From positions 40,982,001 to 41,046,000 of the forward strand of contig OZ024744.1 in NCBI GenBank assembly GCA_964016885.1: DNA of 64,000 nucleotides. Reading direction: 5' to 3'. The notes beneath the pieces were generated by a model, which saw only the letters and a program-made list of their open reading frames with translations, was not told the DNA's origin and did no database searches. Position 1 is the stretch's first letter; the number at the start of each line of letters is the position of its first letter. The stretch comes from Eledone cirrhosa. Taxonomy: Eukaryota. Position numbers and translations under genes: made by a program. Shown in pieces: positions 11,760 to 23,922 of the stretch.

Positions 11760-13529
11760 CAACAACCAAAAACATAAAACAAAATATAAGTGCCTACAAT
11801 GCATATAAATGTAAAAAAAACATGAGTATACCACCAATACATCAAACTAACGATAATATCTCCTCGGATACAGGATTCACGAAAAGTTGTAACTGTAGAA
11901 ACAAGGCAAACTGCCCATTAAAAGGAAATTGCCTTGTTAATAACATAGTATATAAATGTAAATTTAAAACTAAGGACTCAATTTATTCATATATAGGAGC
12001 TACCTCTAACAAATTTAAGGTAAGATTTAATACCCACAAACATAGTTTTAAAAATGCCGCACTAGCTAATACAACATCTCTAGCTGAAATAATTAATAAT
12101 TATAGAAAGAGGAATATAGATTATGACCTGACCCGGAGTGTGCTCAAAAGGGCCACCCCTTATCAAAATAATAGATATGAATGTAGATTATGTTCCCAAG
12201 AACTTTTTGAAATAATGAAATCTAAGCATATCCTATTAAATAAGCGACAGGAATTAATAATATCGTGTAATCATAAACTGAGAAAAACCTTTAAATATTA
12301 TAAACCTAATTAATATACATTTTAGAAATTAATATATAAACTGGTTTTAATTTAGTTAACCTATAATTAATATTCTACTACTGATGAACTACATAATTTT
12401 CCTTTCCTTCTTACAACTATCATTTCCTAAAACTGATGCCATTAAGTAAACATATATAATGCTTTAATTTCACGTTATGACTCTATGTTCCTTGAAATCT
12501 CTATATATTTATTATTTCTCACTAATAAATTTACCCCCCCCCAATAATTATATGTATGAGTATGTATGTATATGTGTATATATATATGTATATATGTGTG
12601 TATATATATATGTATATATATATGTGTGTGTGTATGTATATATATATATATATATATTATTTTTATATTCTTTTAATTTCCCCTCATCTTTAACAGCACT
12701 CTTCTACTACATCTAACTCTTATCTATCATATCTATATGCTTTAGTATAATTTTATCAATATAAATACCTATCAATTAAATTAATTTATATTCTTTTCAT
12801 GGATGTATTTTTTTCACTAACACTCTTATCGTAAATTTTTAGTCTCCTTAGATATTTGCATTGGCATTACTATTTTATAACAGCAACTGTTCGTATACCT
12901 TTTACTGACCTGACCTATTTTCACCCCTAAAATAACTTTCTCATTCTTCACACTCCATTCTACCTTCTTCTACCCCTAAAATAAACTTCAATTACTACTA
13001 TTTTACCATTTGGCCAATTTTTAACTTTCTATTGGTTAATTCTAAACCTGTTACCAAACAGACAGACTATATTAAATCTTTGTTGGTTTTATTCAATGAA
13101 CAAATATAATTATTTCTGAAGACAGCATATGACCTATTTTCATCCCTAAAATAATCTTTCATTCATAATATACTTTTCCATCCAAAACTGTAATCTACCT
13201 TCCTCTACCCATAAATTAAGGTTCTTTTACTACTATATTACTATCTTGACCTTCACTATCTTTCTATTGGTCATATTAAAAACCTGTTCCCAAACAGACC
13301 TATTGTATTAAATCTTTGTTCTTTTCAATAAACAAATATCATTATTTCTGAAGACAGCATATATATGTGTAGGTATGTATATTCCCTCTGATAGTTTGTA
13401 TAAATATTTTACATAGATCTATAGAATATGCATACCAACACTAACACATATATATCCTAGAAACGATCGTAAAATGATGAATTTTTTAAATATAAGGAAC
13501 TGTTTCTTTGTTTATTCATTACTTTATTA

Positions 13530-13535
<6 letters not shown>
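11760..13535 (+). mobile_element. PLE 3' fragment (Naiad-type GIY-YIG C-terminus, 3' UTR and pLTR)
   Basis: 11760-12313 encodes [27 protein letters not shown]; diverged tandem duplication 12909-13131 / 13131-13360; terminal hammerhead. Confidence 0.85.
13339..13480 (+). ncRNA. Type-I hammerhead ribozyme motif with ~105-nt stem II insert
   Basis: TCATTATTT-CTGAAGA ... GAAAC-GATC-GTA-AAATGATGA; 9-bp stem I; insert closed by ATATATATGTGT/ACACATATATAT. Confidence 0.75.
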
Positions 13536-13608
<73 letters not shown>

Positions 13609-13610
13609 AA

Positions 13611-13645
<35 letters not shown>

Positions 13646-13649
<4 letters not shown>

Positions 13650-14235
13650 CACTGATGAGGGACTTATTTTATTACATGTTATCCATGTGCAACCAGCAGT
13701 ATTCTTCTCCCCATTTTTTCACATATATTTACCTACTGCGATTCTGTTTTTTTCTCTCTCTCTCTCTCTCTTACTGCTCCCTCGCTCTCTCTGTTTCTCC
13801 TACTTTCTTTCGCCCCCTCTGTCATGTCAGTTAACTCTTCCTCACACTTCCACTCACTCACTCACTGTTTCTCCTCTTCTCACTTCACCCCGTTCGCGAC
13901 GAAATCATTTTCTCTCTTTCTCACATTTGAATTCGCTCCTGAAAGGTCTTTTTTCTAAGCGCACATATATTCACCTAGCTTATGCTAACAGAATAACTAT
14001 GAAGCTTGTTCCCTTCCTTCTACGGTTAGCTATCCCCTTTGTTGTTATCTTGTTTCACTCGCTTTACGCGTTTTAATTGTCCTAATAACTTAATTTAGTT
14101 ATTATTGCACCGACGTGAGGTATATGATTTTTAATGCAATGAAATATCTATGATCTTCGGCAAATCACTGATGAGGGACTTATTTTATTACATGTTATCC
14201 ATGTGCAACCAGCAGTATTCTTCTCCCCATTTTTT

Positions 14236-14240
<5 letters not shown>
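13646..14240. repeat. ~80-bp direct repeats (13646-13727, 14162-14240) bracketing a pyrimidine-rich spacer; probable PLE-terminus or retrozyme-like unit
   Basis: Identical repeats beginning AAATCACTGATGAGGGAC; embedded in (TA)n. Confidence 0.6.
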
Positions 14241-14328
<88 letters not shown>

Positions 14329-14479
14329 GAATATATATATATGAATATATATATATATATATGAATATATATATATATATATATATAACGAAGGAAATGT
14401 GGTAAGGAACCAGGTGGACCATAACGCACCAAAGTACTCAATACTTGAGGTAGTAGAGTGGGTAATAGGAACCAGTAAG

Positions 14480-14573
14480 ACCCCGACAGCTGAGCTCAAG
14501 CCGTTTCGACGGCTAATTCTGGACTAAATGAAAATTTATCCTGGTATTTAAATAGCCGATCTTCTCAAGGGGT
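14480..14573 (-). ncRNA. Hammerhead ribozyme motif, U3-A8 core variant (inverted pLTR copy)
   Basis: Reverse complement of 18881-18974. Confidence 0.75.
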
Positions 14574-15312
14574 AATTCCATATATGGTCAAAGTGATTGT
14601 CAAAAATCAGTAGTAATTCTGTGGTTGCAAATTAGTAGGGGAGATGGTGGCTAAACCTGCCAGTAGGAGAAAGAGGGGAGGGGGTGGAGTAGACCCAATC
14701 AAGCGTTGGTAGTGCCAGCTACAGCTGGGCATGAGGTCAAAGAGGATACAGGGGAGGGGGAGGGGGAGGAAGTCGGAACGGTAGGTAGAACAATGGGGGG
14801 TAGAAATATATAGGAAAGAAAAAATACTGAGAGTGAAGAAAAGCAAATAAGTGTAAAGAAAAAAGTAAAGTAAATTAAAAGTAAAGTAAATTCTACGACC
14901 TAGGTCTCTGGCTATTGTTAGGCTAGAATAAATAAATAAATAAAGAAAGAAAGAAAGAAGTAAAGAAAGAAATAAAGAAATAACGAAATAAGTAAAAGAA
15001 CTAGGTGGGACGTATTAGGCATGGACCCTTTTAAGAGGTATAAGTACGTAAATGATACGGTGACGGGTCAACAAAATGGGCCAAAATACTAAAGAGACTA
15101 CCACGAAATAAACAATAAAGGTTTCATCCCGGGCACAATACCAGCAACCACCCATGCAGCAAAGTGAACTTGTACGAGATAATAATTCTGAGTCCCGAGA
15201 AAAATATATACTCTTTCTCCTACTGGCAGGTTTAGCCACCATCTCCCCTACTAATTTGCAACCACAGAATTACTACTGATTTTTGACAATCACTTTGACC
15301 ATATATGGAATT

Positions 15313-15404
15313 ACCCCTTGAGAAGATCGGCTATTTAAATACCAGGATATTTTCATTTAGTCCAGAATTAGCCGTCGAAACGGCTTGAGCTCAGCTGTCG
15401 GGGT
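15313..15404 (+). ncRNA. Hammerhead ribozyme motif, U3-A8 core variant (5' pLTR)
   Basis: ACCCC-TTGAGAA-[GA(T)CGGCTA...TAGCCGTC]-GAA-ACGGC-TTGAGCTCA-GCTGT-C-GGGGT; GUC cleavage triplet at 15397-15399. Confidence 0.8.
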
Positions 15405-15589
15405 CTTACTGGTTCCTATTACCCACTCTACTACCTCAAGTATTGAGTACTTTGGTGCGTTATGGTCCACCTGGTTCCTTACCACATTTCCTTCGTTATC
15501 TAGCTCCTACTCCCGTAGTAGAGCACTTTCCGACCCTACCACGCCGTATCCAGACTTTTCCGCTAAGCTCAATTCATTTCACCCGCACC

Positions 15590-17758
15590 ATGCGAAAACA
15601 CAACATTGACTTCTCTACCAAGAACATCCCAATCCCACCGAAAAAACTTTACCTTCGGATGCTCACGCAAAAAATCGATCTATTTGCGAAAAGACTTAGA
15701 TGGAGAACTTTTTTCTATGACAGATATTGCGACAACCAAGACTTCGGCACCAAGGAGAGATTCGGATTTATTACCTACAAATCTCCGCCCCTGAACCCCT
15801 TGCTCGCACCCTTCGAGAATGACCTCCTCCAACTGGTCAAGAACATTAAATTTAAGCCCAGACACAACCGATTCCTACAAAAACTCCGTAGCAACTTAAC
15901 AGAGTATGATAACACAAATGACATCAGGGTGCATTCGGATAAAACTGGGAACCTATACTTTGTCAACCCTGACAGATACCACACACTGATCAGGAGCAGC
16001 CTAAACTCCACCTATAAAAAGGCCAACCACTCTTGCATCGAGGACATAAATCGAGATGGACAACAAATCACCTCCAGCCTCGGGGTCGCCGACCGCACGG
16101 AACCTCTAGACCCACGGACACCATACTTCACACTGAAGGACCATAAATCCGATTTTGACCGTAACCCCTCTATCAGGCTTATTAACCCAACGAAGTCCGA
16201 CATAGGGAGAATCAGCAAAAAAATCCTAGACCGCGTGATACCAAAAGTCAAGCAACACACTCGACTTAGCCTATGGATCAACACCCAGGAAGTAATCTCC
16301 TGGTTCAGCAATATGGAGGATAAACGAGAAACTAAATTCATACAGTTCGACATAGAGAGCTACTATGCTTCAATCACCTTACCGCTACTTACTGCCGCCT
16401 TAGACTTCGCCGAAACACTTGTGCCCATCACCGACCAGGAAAGAAAAATCATCCTCCACGCCAGGAAGACAGTCTTACTCTTTGACGACTCTAAATGGAT
16501 AAAAAGAGCTCCCGACTCACCCTTCGACGTCAGCATGGGCGCCACGGATTCGGCGGAGGTCACTGATCTTATAGGATTATTCCTAATAGCCAAACTCACT
16601 GATATGTTTCCTGCATTCGGTGGTGGATTGTACCGTGATGATGGGCTCCTTACCCTTAAAGGGTACAACCCCAGTAGTACAGATCGGGTCCGGAAACAAC
16701 TAATCAGATTCTTCCGCGACTGGGGATTTAAAATAACCCTACAAACGTCCCTGACCCGAGTAAACTTCCTGGACGTGACCCTCGACCTCGAAAACGACCT
16801 GTACTACCCATACAGGAAACCTAATGACAATCTGCACTACATCCACCGCCGATCAAACCATCCTAGGAACATCACAAACAACCTGGTCAAAAACATCTCC
16901 CTCCGCATATCCCGTTTGTCAGCTAATGAGCGGATATTCGATGAATATGCGCCTTATTACAACCAGGCCCTGAAGCGGAGTGGTTTCCGGGAGGAAATAT
17001 CCTACTGTCCAGCTCCCATTAGCGGAACCAGCAGGAGACACCGCCGCTCACGCAATGTAACATGGTTCAATCCTCCCCACAACGCAGAGGTGACAACTCC
17101 CATCGGGAAACTATTCTTTAGGCTCATTGAAAAACACTTCCCATTACAACACCGCTACCACAACATAATTAACAAAAATACCATCAAACTCTCTTACAGC
17201 ACTACACCAAACTTCGCACAAAACATCGTCTCCTCTAACAACAAAAAACTCAACCCCGATGGCAGAAATAACCTAAATAGCAGTGGAGAACCGACCAGGA
17301 GGTGTAACTGCCCGGATAGATCTATTTGCCCACTCGACAATAGATGCAGAGACCGTAATGTGATCTACCAGTGCAACGTGAGGACGGATACCTCCAACAA
17401 AGCCTATATAGGACTTACCGCATGTGACTTCAAGACCCGGCTATACCAACATAGACATACCTTCCGAAACCCGGCCCGGCGTCACGCCACTACACTTTCG
17501 GGCCACATATGGGACCTCAAGGACAACAACATCACCTATGATCTCACTTGGAGATTACTGTCCAGAGCCAATTCTTACACGGGAGGACGCCGTCCGTGCA
17601 ATTTATGCTCGGAGGAAACTTTACAAATACTGTTTTCGACGGACCAACTCCTAAACAAGAAAGATGAACTGGTTACTGCATGTAAACATAGATTGCGTAG
17701 GACTTACCTCGCCCTCAAACCCCATAATGACCGGGGGGGGGGGGGGGGGGTAGACTAG
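15590..17758 (+). CDS. PLE reverse transcriptase + GIY-YIG endonuclease, 722 aa from first ATG (frame open from 15443)
   Basis: Uninterrupted ORF with DKTGNLY, KDHK, FIQFDIESYY, MGATDSAEV, GGLYRDDG, VNFLDVTL, CNCPDRSICPL linker, NVIY..AYIG, CNLC. Confidence 0.95.
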   Translation: MRKHNIDFSTKNIPIPPKKLYLRMLTQKIDLFAKRLRWRTFFYDRYCDNQDFGTKERFGFITYKSPPLNPLLAPFENDLLQLVKNIKFKPRHNRFLQKLRSNLTEYDNTNDIRVHSDKTGNLYFVNPDRYHTLIRSSLNSTYKKANHSCIEDINRDGQQITSSLGVADRTEPLDPRTPYFTLKDHKSDFDRNPSIRLINPTKSDIGRISKKILDRVIPKVKQHTRLSLWINTQEVISWFSNMEDKRETKFIQFDIESYYASITLPLLTAALDFAETLVPITDQERKIILHARKTVLLFDDSKWIKRAPDSPFDVSMGATDSAEVTDLIGLFLIAKLTDMFPAFGGGLYRDDGLLTLKGYNPSSTDRVRKQLIRFFRDWGFKITLQTSLTRVNFLDVTLDLENDLYYPYRKPNDNLHYIHRRSNHPRNITNNLVKNISLRISRLSANERIFDEYAPYYNQALKRSGFREEISYCPAPISGTSRRHRRSRNVTWFNPPHNAEVTTPIGKLFFRLIEKHFPLQHRYHNIINKNTIKLSYSTTPNFAQNIVSSNNKKLNPDGRNNLNSSGEPTRRCNCPDRSICPLDNRCRDRNVIYQCNVRTDTSNKAYIGLTACDFKTRLYQHRHTFRNPARRHATTLSGHIWDLKDNNITYDLTWRLLSRANSYTGGRRPCNLCSEETLQILFSTDQLLNKKDELVTACKHRLRRTYLALKPHNDRGGGGGVD

Positions 17759-18880
17759 GGCTATAACACCCCACTTGCCGATTTTGCAATGGGTAACCCC
17801 TGCTTGCCAAGGGAGACGTAAGATCTTCTTTGTATTCTTTTATCGCTTCCTTTATTTCCTTCCCCCCTCTCTCCTTAGTCCTTCTACCCCAGCTCTTCTC
17901 CTTTGTCGGCGTCTTTTCTCGCCCACCCGAGGCTGCCCTTTGGCCCCTTGTAGCCTTAGGACCCCCACCCCTCCCCTAGTCTATGATAGATTTGGCGGAC
18001 TCCGCCCTTTATAGCAGTTGGTTTAGACCCCGGATACTTGTCCCCTTTTTCCGACCGCTCCCACTATTCTCTGTGCCCTCTATATTTCTTAGTGGCACTC
18101 ATGCCTTATTCTTTCGTTTCAGTATTTCTTTCCTCGCTTTTCTTTTGGGCGGGGTGGATTCTGATTTTATTTTTCCGTATTCTACCTTTATTTCGTACGA
18201 ACTTTCATGTAGCTTGTTTTAGATCTTTTAGAGTTAGCATTAGTATATATTTTTCTCGGGACTCAGAATTATTATCTCGTACAAGTTCACTTTGCTGCAT
18301 GGGTGGTTGCTGGCATTGTGCCCGGGATGAAACCTTTATTGTTTATTTCGTGGTAGTCTCTTTAGTATTTTGGCCCCTTTTGTTGACCCGTCACCGTATC
18401 ATTTACGTACTTATACCTCTTAAAAGGGTCCTTGCCTATTTCGTCCCACCTAGTTCTTTTACTTATTTCGTTATTTCTTTATTTCTTTCTTTACTTCTTT
18501 CTTTCTTTCTTTCTTTATTTATTTATTCTAGCCTAACAATAGCCAGAGACCTAGGTCGTAGAATTTACTTTACTTTTAATTTACTTTACTTTTTTCTTTA
18601 CACTTATTTGCTTTTCTTCACTCTCAGTATTTTTTCTTTCCTATATATTTCTACCCCCCATTGTTCTACCTACCGTTCCGACTTCCTCCCCCTCCCCCTC
18701 CCCTGTATCCTCTTTGACCTCATGCCCAGCTGTAGCTGGCACTACCAACGCTTGATTGGGTCTACTCCACCCCCTCCCCTCTTTCTCCTACTGGCAGGTT
18801 TAGCCACCATCTCCCCTACTAATTTGCAACCACAGAATTACTACTGATTTTTGACAATCACTTTGACCATATATGGAATT

Positions 18881-18974
18881 ACCCCTTGAGAAGATCGGCT
18901 ATTTAAATACCAGGTTAAATTTTCATTTAGTCCAGAATTAGCCGTCGAAACGGCTTGAGCTCAGCTGTCGGGGT
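18881..18974 (+). ncRNA. Hammerhead ribozyme motif, U3-A8 core variant (3' pLTR)
   Basis: Same fold as 15313-15404; GUC at 18967-18969; element ends ~15 nt after the motif. Confidence 0.8.
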
Positions 18975-19039
18975 CTTACTGGTTCCTATATATATATATA
19001 TATATAGATATGAATATATATATATATAAATTCATATAT

Positions 19040-19127
<88 letters not shown>

Positions 19128-19130
<3 letters not shown>

Positions 19131-19660
19131 AAAGAATAGAGGTGTAACACACAAGTTATTATATATTGGTAAACGGAATAGAAATTGCTGACAAATTGTT
19201 CACAGTTGAAAAATGGTTTAATTAGGAATAAAAGAGTATTAGTGATTGTATGGGTTAGTATTCAGTTGTGGTTTTAAGTTTTTAAGTTTTTACCGGTTGC
19301 GCATTTCTAAATGCTTTTCAAAAATAATTTTGAGATAGAGTGTCCGTGCTGTTTGCTCTGATCTGATTAGTTTTGGGAATTCTACCTGTTTTTATGTTAA
19401 AAAAGTGGCTCCAGCGTTATTTTTGTGTTGCAAAAATGCTTGTGGTCAAAACAATTTTGATTGGTCGGTAGAGGTCATGTGAATGTAAAAAGTTGATTTT
19501 GCGCCAAGACTGTTTTTATGTTAAAATGTTAAAAAAGTGAAATAGAAGCAATTACACCCCTTCAAAAGGTAGAAATAAAATCCTGGACGAATTCTGTGAA
19601 CACATCACAAACTTCCCTTACCAACACTTGCACAGACAAAAACACAAGTGTCGCTCATAT
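19128..19660. mobile_element. Rearranged old PLE fragment
   Basis: 19535-19640 (+) translates to SNYTP..GRNKILDEFCEHITNFPY, resembling the RT N-terminus at 36450-36520; the left part is inverted. Confidence 0.4.
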
Positions 19661-19975
19661 AGGACTATCTGGCAGGTTTTCTATGGCTGGATGCCCTTCC
19701 TAACACCAATCACATTTACAGTGTGGACTGGGACCTTTTTATCACGTTACCTACACGGCCACATTACAGCGCAGACTGTGTAGTTTTTGTCGTGACACCT
19801 ACACGATCTCGATCTCGATCTCATTTTCTCATTTATTTGGACTGGATGTTGTGGTATCAACTTTGCAGAGAGAGGGTAGTGTTGGTGGGAGGTTATATTA
19901 ACAAAATATGGCTGTTTTTGTTAATGTGTGTACTATAAAATATATTTAAAATATTGATAATAATAGTTAGTGTTT

Positions 19976-22900
19976 AGTGAAGCTGGTCACATTGGTAAAC
20001 ACCACTGCAGGCCAACCACTAATTTAATTTGATACAGATATAATAAGATTAACAAACTCGCTCGTGAGTGAACTGTCCGAGAGCCGGTCGCCAAATAATC
20101 CAAGATGTCTCTTTTCTTCCTCCTTTATAATCCCTAGACCGGAAGTTAAAGGAATCCTCTAGAATTCAACGGGAAGTAACTCCAGCTACTTCCCTTTGTC
20201 TAGAGAAGGCTACAAGACTCCCCTCTCAGACGAGAAGTCGAATGACCAACCGAAGGTCATTGTAGCGAGAGAAAAATGTTAATGCCAACAGGGGCTAAAC
20301 ATACTCAGTTTTTGACAGTTTACTTGGCCATTTCACTGTTCTGCCACTTCGTATGACATAAGGTTGTGTGGTATGTGGTGTTTGGGTGGAGGTGAAGGTG
20401 TTGGTGTGGGAGTGTATGTGCAAGGTATGTCAGGCAATGAAATGAGACTTTCAGAGAAAGCCTTCTTTGCTCTGTCAACGGATATTATCTCTTTTCGACC
20501 ATTGACAGGCACTGTAATGTGTTTTGGTGTGTGCGAAAGCACACGAAAAGGTCCTTTATAGGGTGACGTAAAAGGTCCTTTGATGGAATCATTTCGTATA
20601 AAGATATGCGTCCACGTAGAGATGTCCGATGGAACAACAGAAGAAATAGACTGGTCACGAGGGTTCATTGGTGGAAGATCCAAGAAATACGAACGAATCC
20701 TGGTGACATATGATGCTGGGTCAAGATGGCAGCTCCAGCTATATGACGAATGTCACTGGTGTACTGGGAGATAAAATCCAAAATGTCTGTAGAAGATCAC
20801 GCCACCTAGCGTCGAGTTTGCAGGCAGTCGATTAACTGCCCTTAGTTCTGACGTCACGTTCTGACGTCAGTAGCTGAAACAACTTTTAGACGGTGATACC
20901 TTGAAGTGAACAGACGTGTTTCCACGCAGCGACCAAACAGCGATATCACACCATGCGGTCGCGGCATAATATGATGATTGACAATTACCCAACTTAGGAG
21001 CACTGATGTATTAACTGTATTATAACTTGCTCTAATTAAAATGTTCACGTAACATAATTTTGAGGTATGTTTCTTTCTTGTTTGATGATGTTGCCTGCCA
21101 ATATATTATATTCAATTAGACGGGATGTCTGACCGTCACGTCTGTATCTATCGGACTTGGTTTGAAGAGTGAATGTTAGTGGTTTATGGTTTGTGAATAC
21201 CGTGAACTCCCGACCTTCAAGAAGATGCTGGAAGTGTCTCACAGCAAGATAAACTGCTAAAAGCTCTCTGTCAAAAGTACTGTAACGTTGCTCTGTTGGT
21301 TTTAGTTGGCGTGAGAAAAACGTCAGTGGTTGAACCAGGTGGTCGATCGCATGTTGCAAAACTGCTCCAACAGCATGATCGGATGCATCAACAGATAAAG
21401 AAGGTGTCGCGTTTGCAACAGGATGGGCGAGGAAGGAAACTTCAGCTAGCTCAGACTTGACGGATTCAAAAGACTGCAAAACATCGGCAGAAAGTGAAAT
21501 GACAGCATCTTTCTTTTTCGCAGCCTTTAAAAACTGTATCAAGGGAAACAACATGTCCGCACAATTAGGGATGAAACGACGATAAAAGTTAATTAATCCC
21601 AAGAAATAATGTAATTGTCTTAATGAGGTGGGGGGTGCGATTCGCTGAATCACTTCACCTTAGATGGCAGAAGTCGAATGCATTCTGAATCTATCAGATG
21701 TCCAAGGAATTCCAGTGAATCTGTACCAAACACACATTTAGCTGGGTTGATTCTGACCTGGTACGATTGAAGACGTTGAAATAACTGGGATAGATGATGA
21801 TGGTGTTCAGCTGTGTCACTGGCTATCAGGAGGTCATCCACCCAAGCAAACACGAAATCCAATCCACACGTGACTTCATCGATAAAACGTTGGAATGTGC
21901 TAGAGGCATTCCTCAAGCCAAAAGGCATGGACAGAAATTCAAATGAACCAAAGGGGGTGGTCACGGCTGTCTTTGGCATATCCTGGATTCATGGGTATCT
22001 GGTGGTATGCATGTATTAGATCTATTTTGGAAAATATCTTGCATCCATGAAGAACGGCTGAAAAATTCTGTAAATTTGGTAGAGGATAACGGTCCGGCGT
22101 GGTGATGTCATTAAGTCGTTGATAATGTCCCACAGGTCTAAAATCCACTTCACCCTTACGAGCCAAGTGAAGCGGAGATGTCCATGGGCTGGTGGACGTT
22201 TGTATAAGACCGAGCTGGAGCATGTGCTCGAACTCGTTTCGTGCTTTTTTTAGTATATCCGGAGCCAACCTTCGTGGACGAGAGAAAACAGGTGGACCAG
22301 TCGTTGTAATGAAGTGTTGACTCGAGTGGGCTGCCTGGGTAGGTTTAAATGAAATATCCGTTAACTCGGGAAACGAAGTAAGGAGTGCATGAAACTGGTT
22401 TCCAGCGGCAGCCACAAAAAATGACGGACTGACAGCAGTAGTGGTAGATTTACGAGTAGGCGTAGATAAGGATGTGGTACTATCCACAAGTTTCTGGTTC
22501 CTGACATCTACCAAAAGTGAATAGTGCTGTAAGAAATCCGCACCGAGAATAGGATGAGGTAGGTCGGCAATGACAAAAATCCATTTGAAATCTCGACGCA
22601 AAGCTAGGTCCAATGATAAAGATATTTGTCCATAAGCTTTTATAGGAGACTGGTTTACTGCATACAAGGAAATGCCGGAAAGAGTTGGCTTGGTAGAGTT
22701 GAACCGTAAGGGCCAAATACTGCAACTAGATCCTGTGTCCACCATAAATGATTTGTTTGAGACTCGGTCTCTGATGAAAAAAGCACGATAAGGTGAATTG
22801 TTAAGGGAGAGGTCTGCCGTGCTCACACTCTCCAAACTTAGTTTTTTCGATGCCCCATAAGAGCAGGGCTTGATACAATGTTGTGCCGTATCACTGAAAC

Positions 22901-23922
22901 GCGCATGGTACCAACACAAAGACGAGTCGTTGGCGAGGAGGTTGGCGCGACAGTGAAAGGAAGAAGTCCGACTTCGTGAACTCCGGCTAGATGCGTTCGA
23001 TCCCTACATAGTTTAGCTACTTGACTAGTTAGCGCATCAATGGCTCTCAACATAGAGTCCTCACGAGGTGAAGCAGGCTGGGTTTTGAAAGCAGAAGAAG
23101 CGACAACCGAATCTGCCGAGGTAGGTTTCGTAGAAAACTCCATAATTCTGTCCGCAGAGGCAGCAATTTGTTCTATCGAACTGGTGTCAACCATATTTAC
23201 CAATATGGTTTGCACATTAGTTGGCAAACGGGAGAAGAATAACTTTTTTACGAAGGAACTGTCTTCGGGCGCAGCATCACTGAGTTCACGGATACGTCGC
23301 AAAAACTCTGTAGTAGTTCTGTCCCCCAGATTTTCATCCTCTAATAAGGAACGAAATTTACTCTCAGACGACCTACTGTTCCTACGCAATACCTCTGTAA
23401 TTGCTAGTGAAGCTGGAATTCCGCTGATTAGCACGTTTAATTTTTGCTGTTTTTCCTGTACTCCGTTGACCGCAAAATACGCATCGAGTTGGGAGAACCA
23501 CAATTTGGCATCGCCAGAATACGCTGGTAACGATGTGTTTCTCATGATGAAATTTGATCGAGAGAGATGATTTTCTTTTTCAAAATGTTGGGAGAAATTA
23601 TATATTCAAACGTCGGTAGAAATTATTTGCTCAGACGTCGGTAGAAATTATATGTTCAAACAGGGTCACCACTTTGTGAAGCAGTTCACGGGGTTATTTA
23701 CTTTGGTAAACACCACTGCAGGCCAGCCACTAATTTAATTCGATACAGATATAAGATTAACAAACTCGCTCGTGAGTGAACTGTCAGAGAGCCGGTCGCC
23801 AAATAATCCTAGATGTCTCTTTTCTCCCTCATTTATAATTCCTAGACCAGAAGTTAAAGGAATCCTCTAGAATTCAACGGGAAGTAACTCCAGGTATTTC
23901 CCTTTGTCTAGAGAACGCTACA
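19976..23922 (-). mobile_element. Gypsy LTR retrotransposon, CsRN1-like, degenerate, integrase core deleted
   Basis: LTRs ~19976-20214 and 23675-23922 (right LTR TG...CA; left boundary not clean); PBS TGGTGACCCTG at 23661-23671 (tRNA-Trp type); PPT GAGAGGGGAG at ~20218-20227; gag-PR-RT-RH-INT order. Confidence 0.92.
20333..23545 (-). pseudogene. Frameshifted gag-pol of the Gypsy element
   Basis: gag 22838-23545; CWYHx9Cx3C motif; protease VDTGS; RT (MPFGLRNA, WVDDLL) 21650-21979; RNase H (VDASD, DRELLA) 21145-21653; integrase C-terminus (PYKGPF) 20333-20683. Confidence 0.9.

Larger units (their letters stand above)
14386..18989 (+). mobile_element. Apparently intact Penelope-like element (Naiad-type): inverted pLTR + partial direct pLTR + ORF + 3' pLTR
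   Basis: 14386-15212 is the reverse complement of 18242-18989 plus 15420-15499; 15211-15420 is a direct copy of 18779-18989; flanked by (TA)n. Confidence 0.95.

Noticed and set aside
11161-11837. Long Y/I/C/V/H/T ORFs (also 14150-14499, 45260-45725, 59382-59868)
   Set aside because: Translations of (TA)n/(CA)n microsatellites
18038-18847. 269-aa hydrophobic ORF after the PLE ORF
   Set aside because: Lies in the T-rich 3' UTR/pLTR, non-ATG start, low complexity, no motifs
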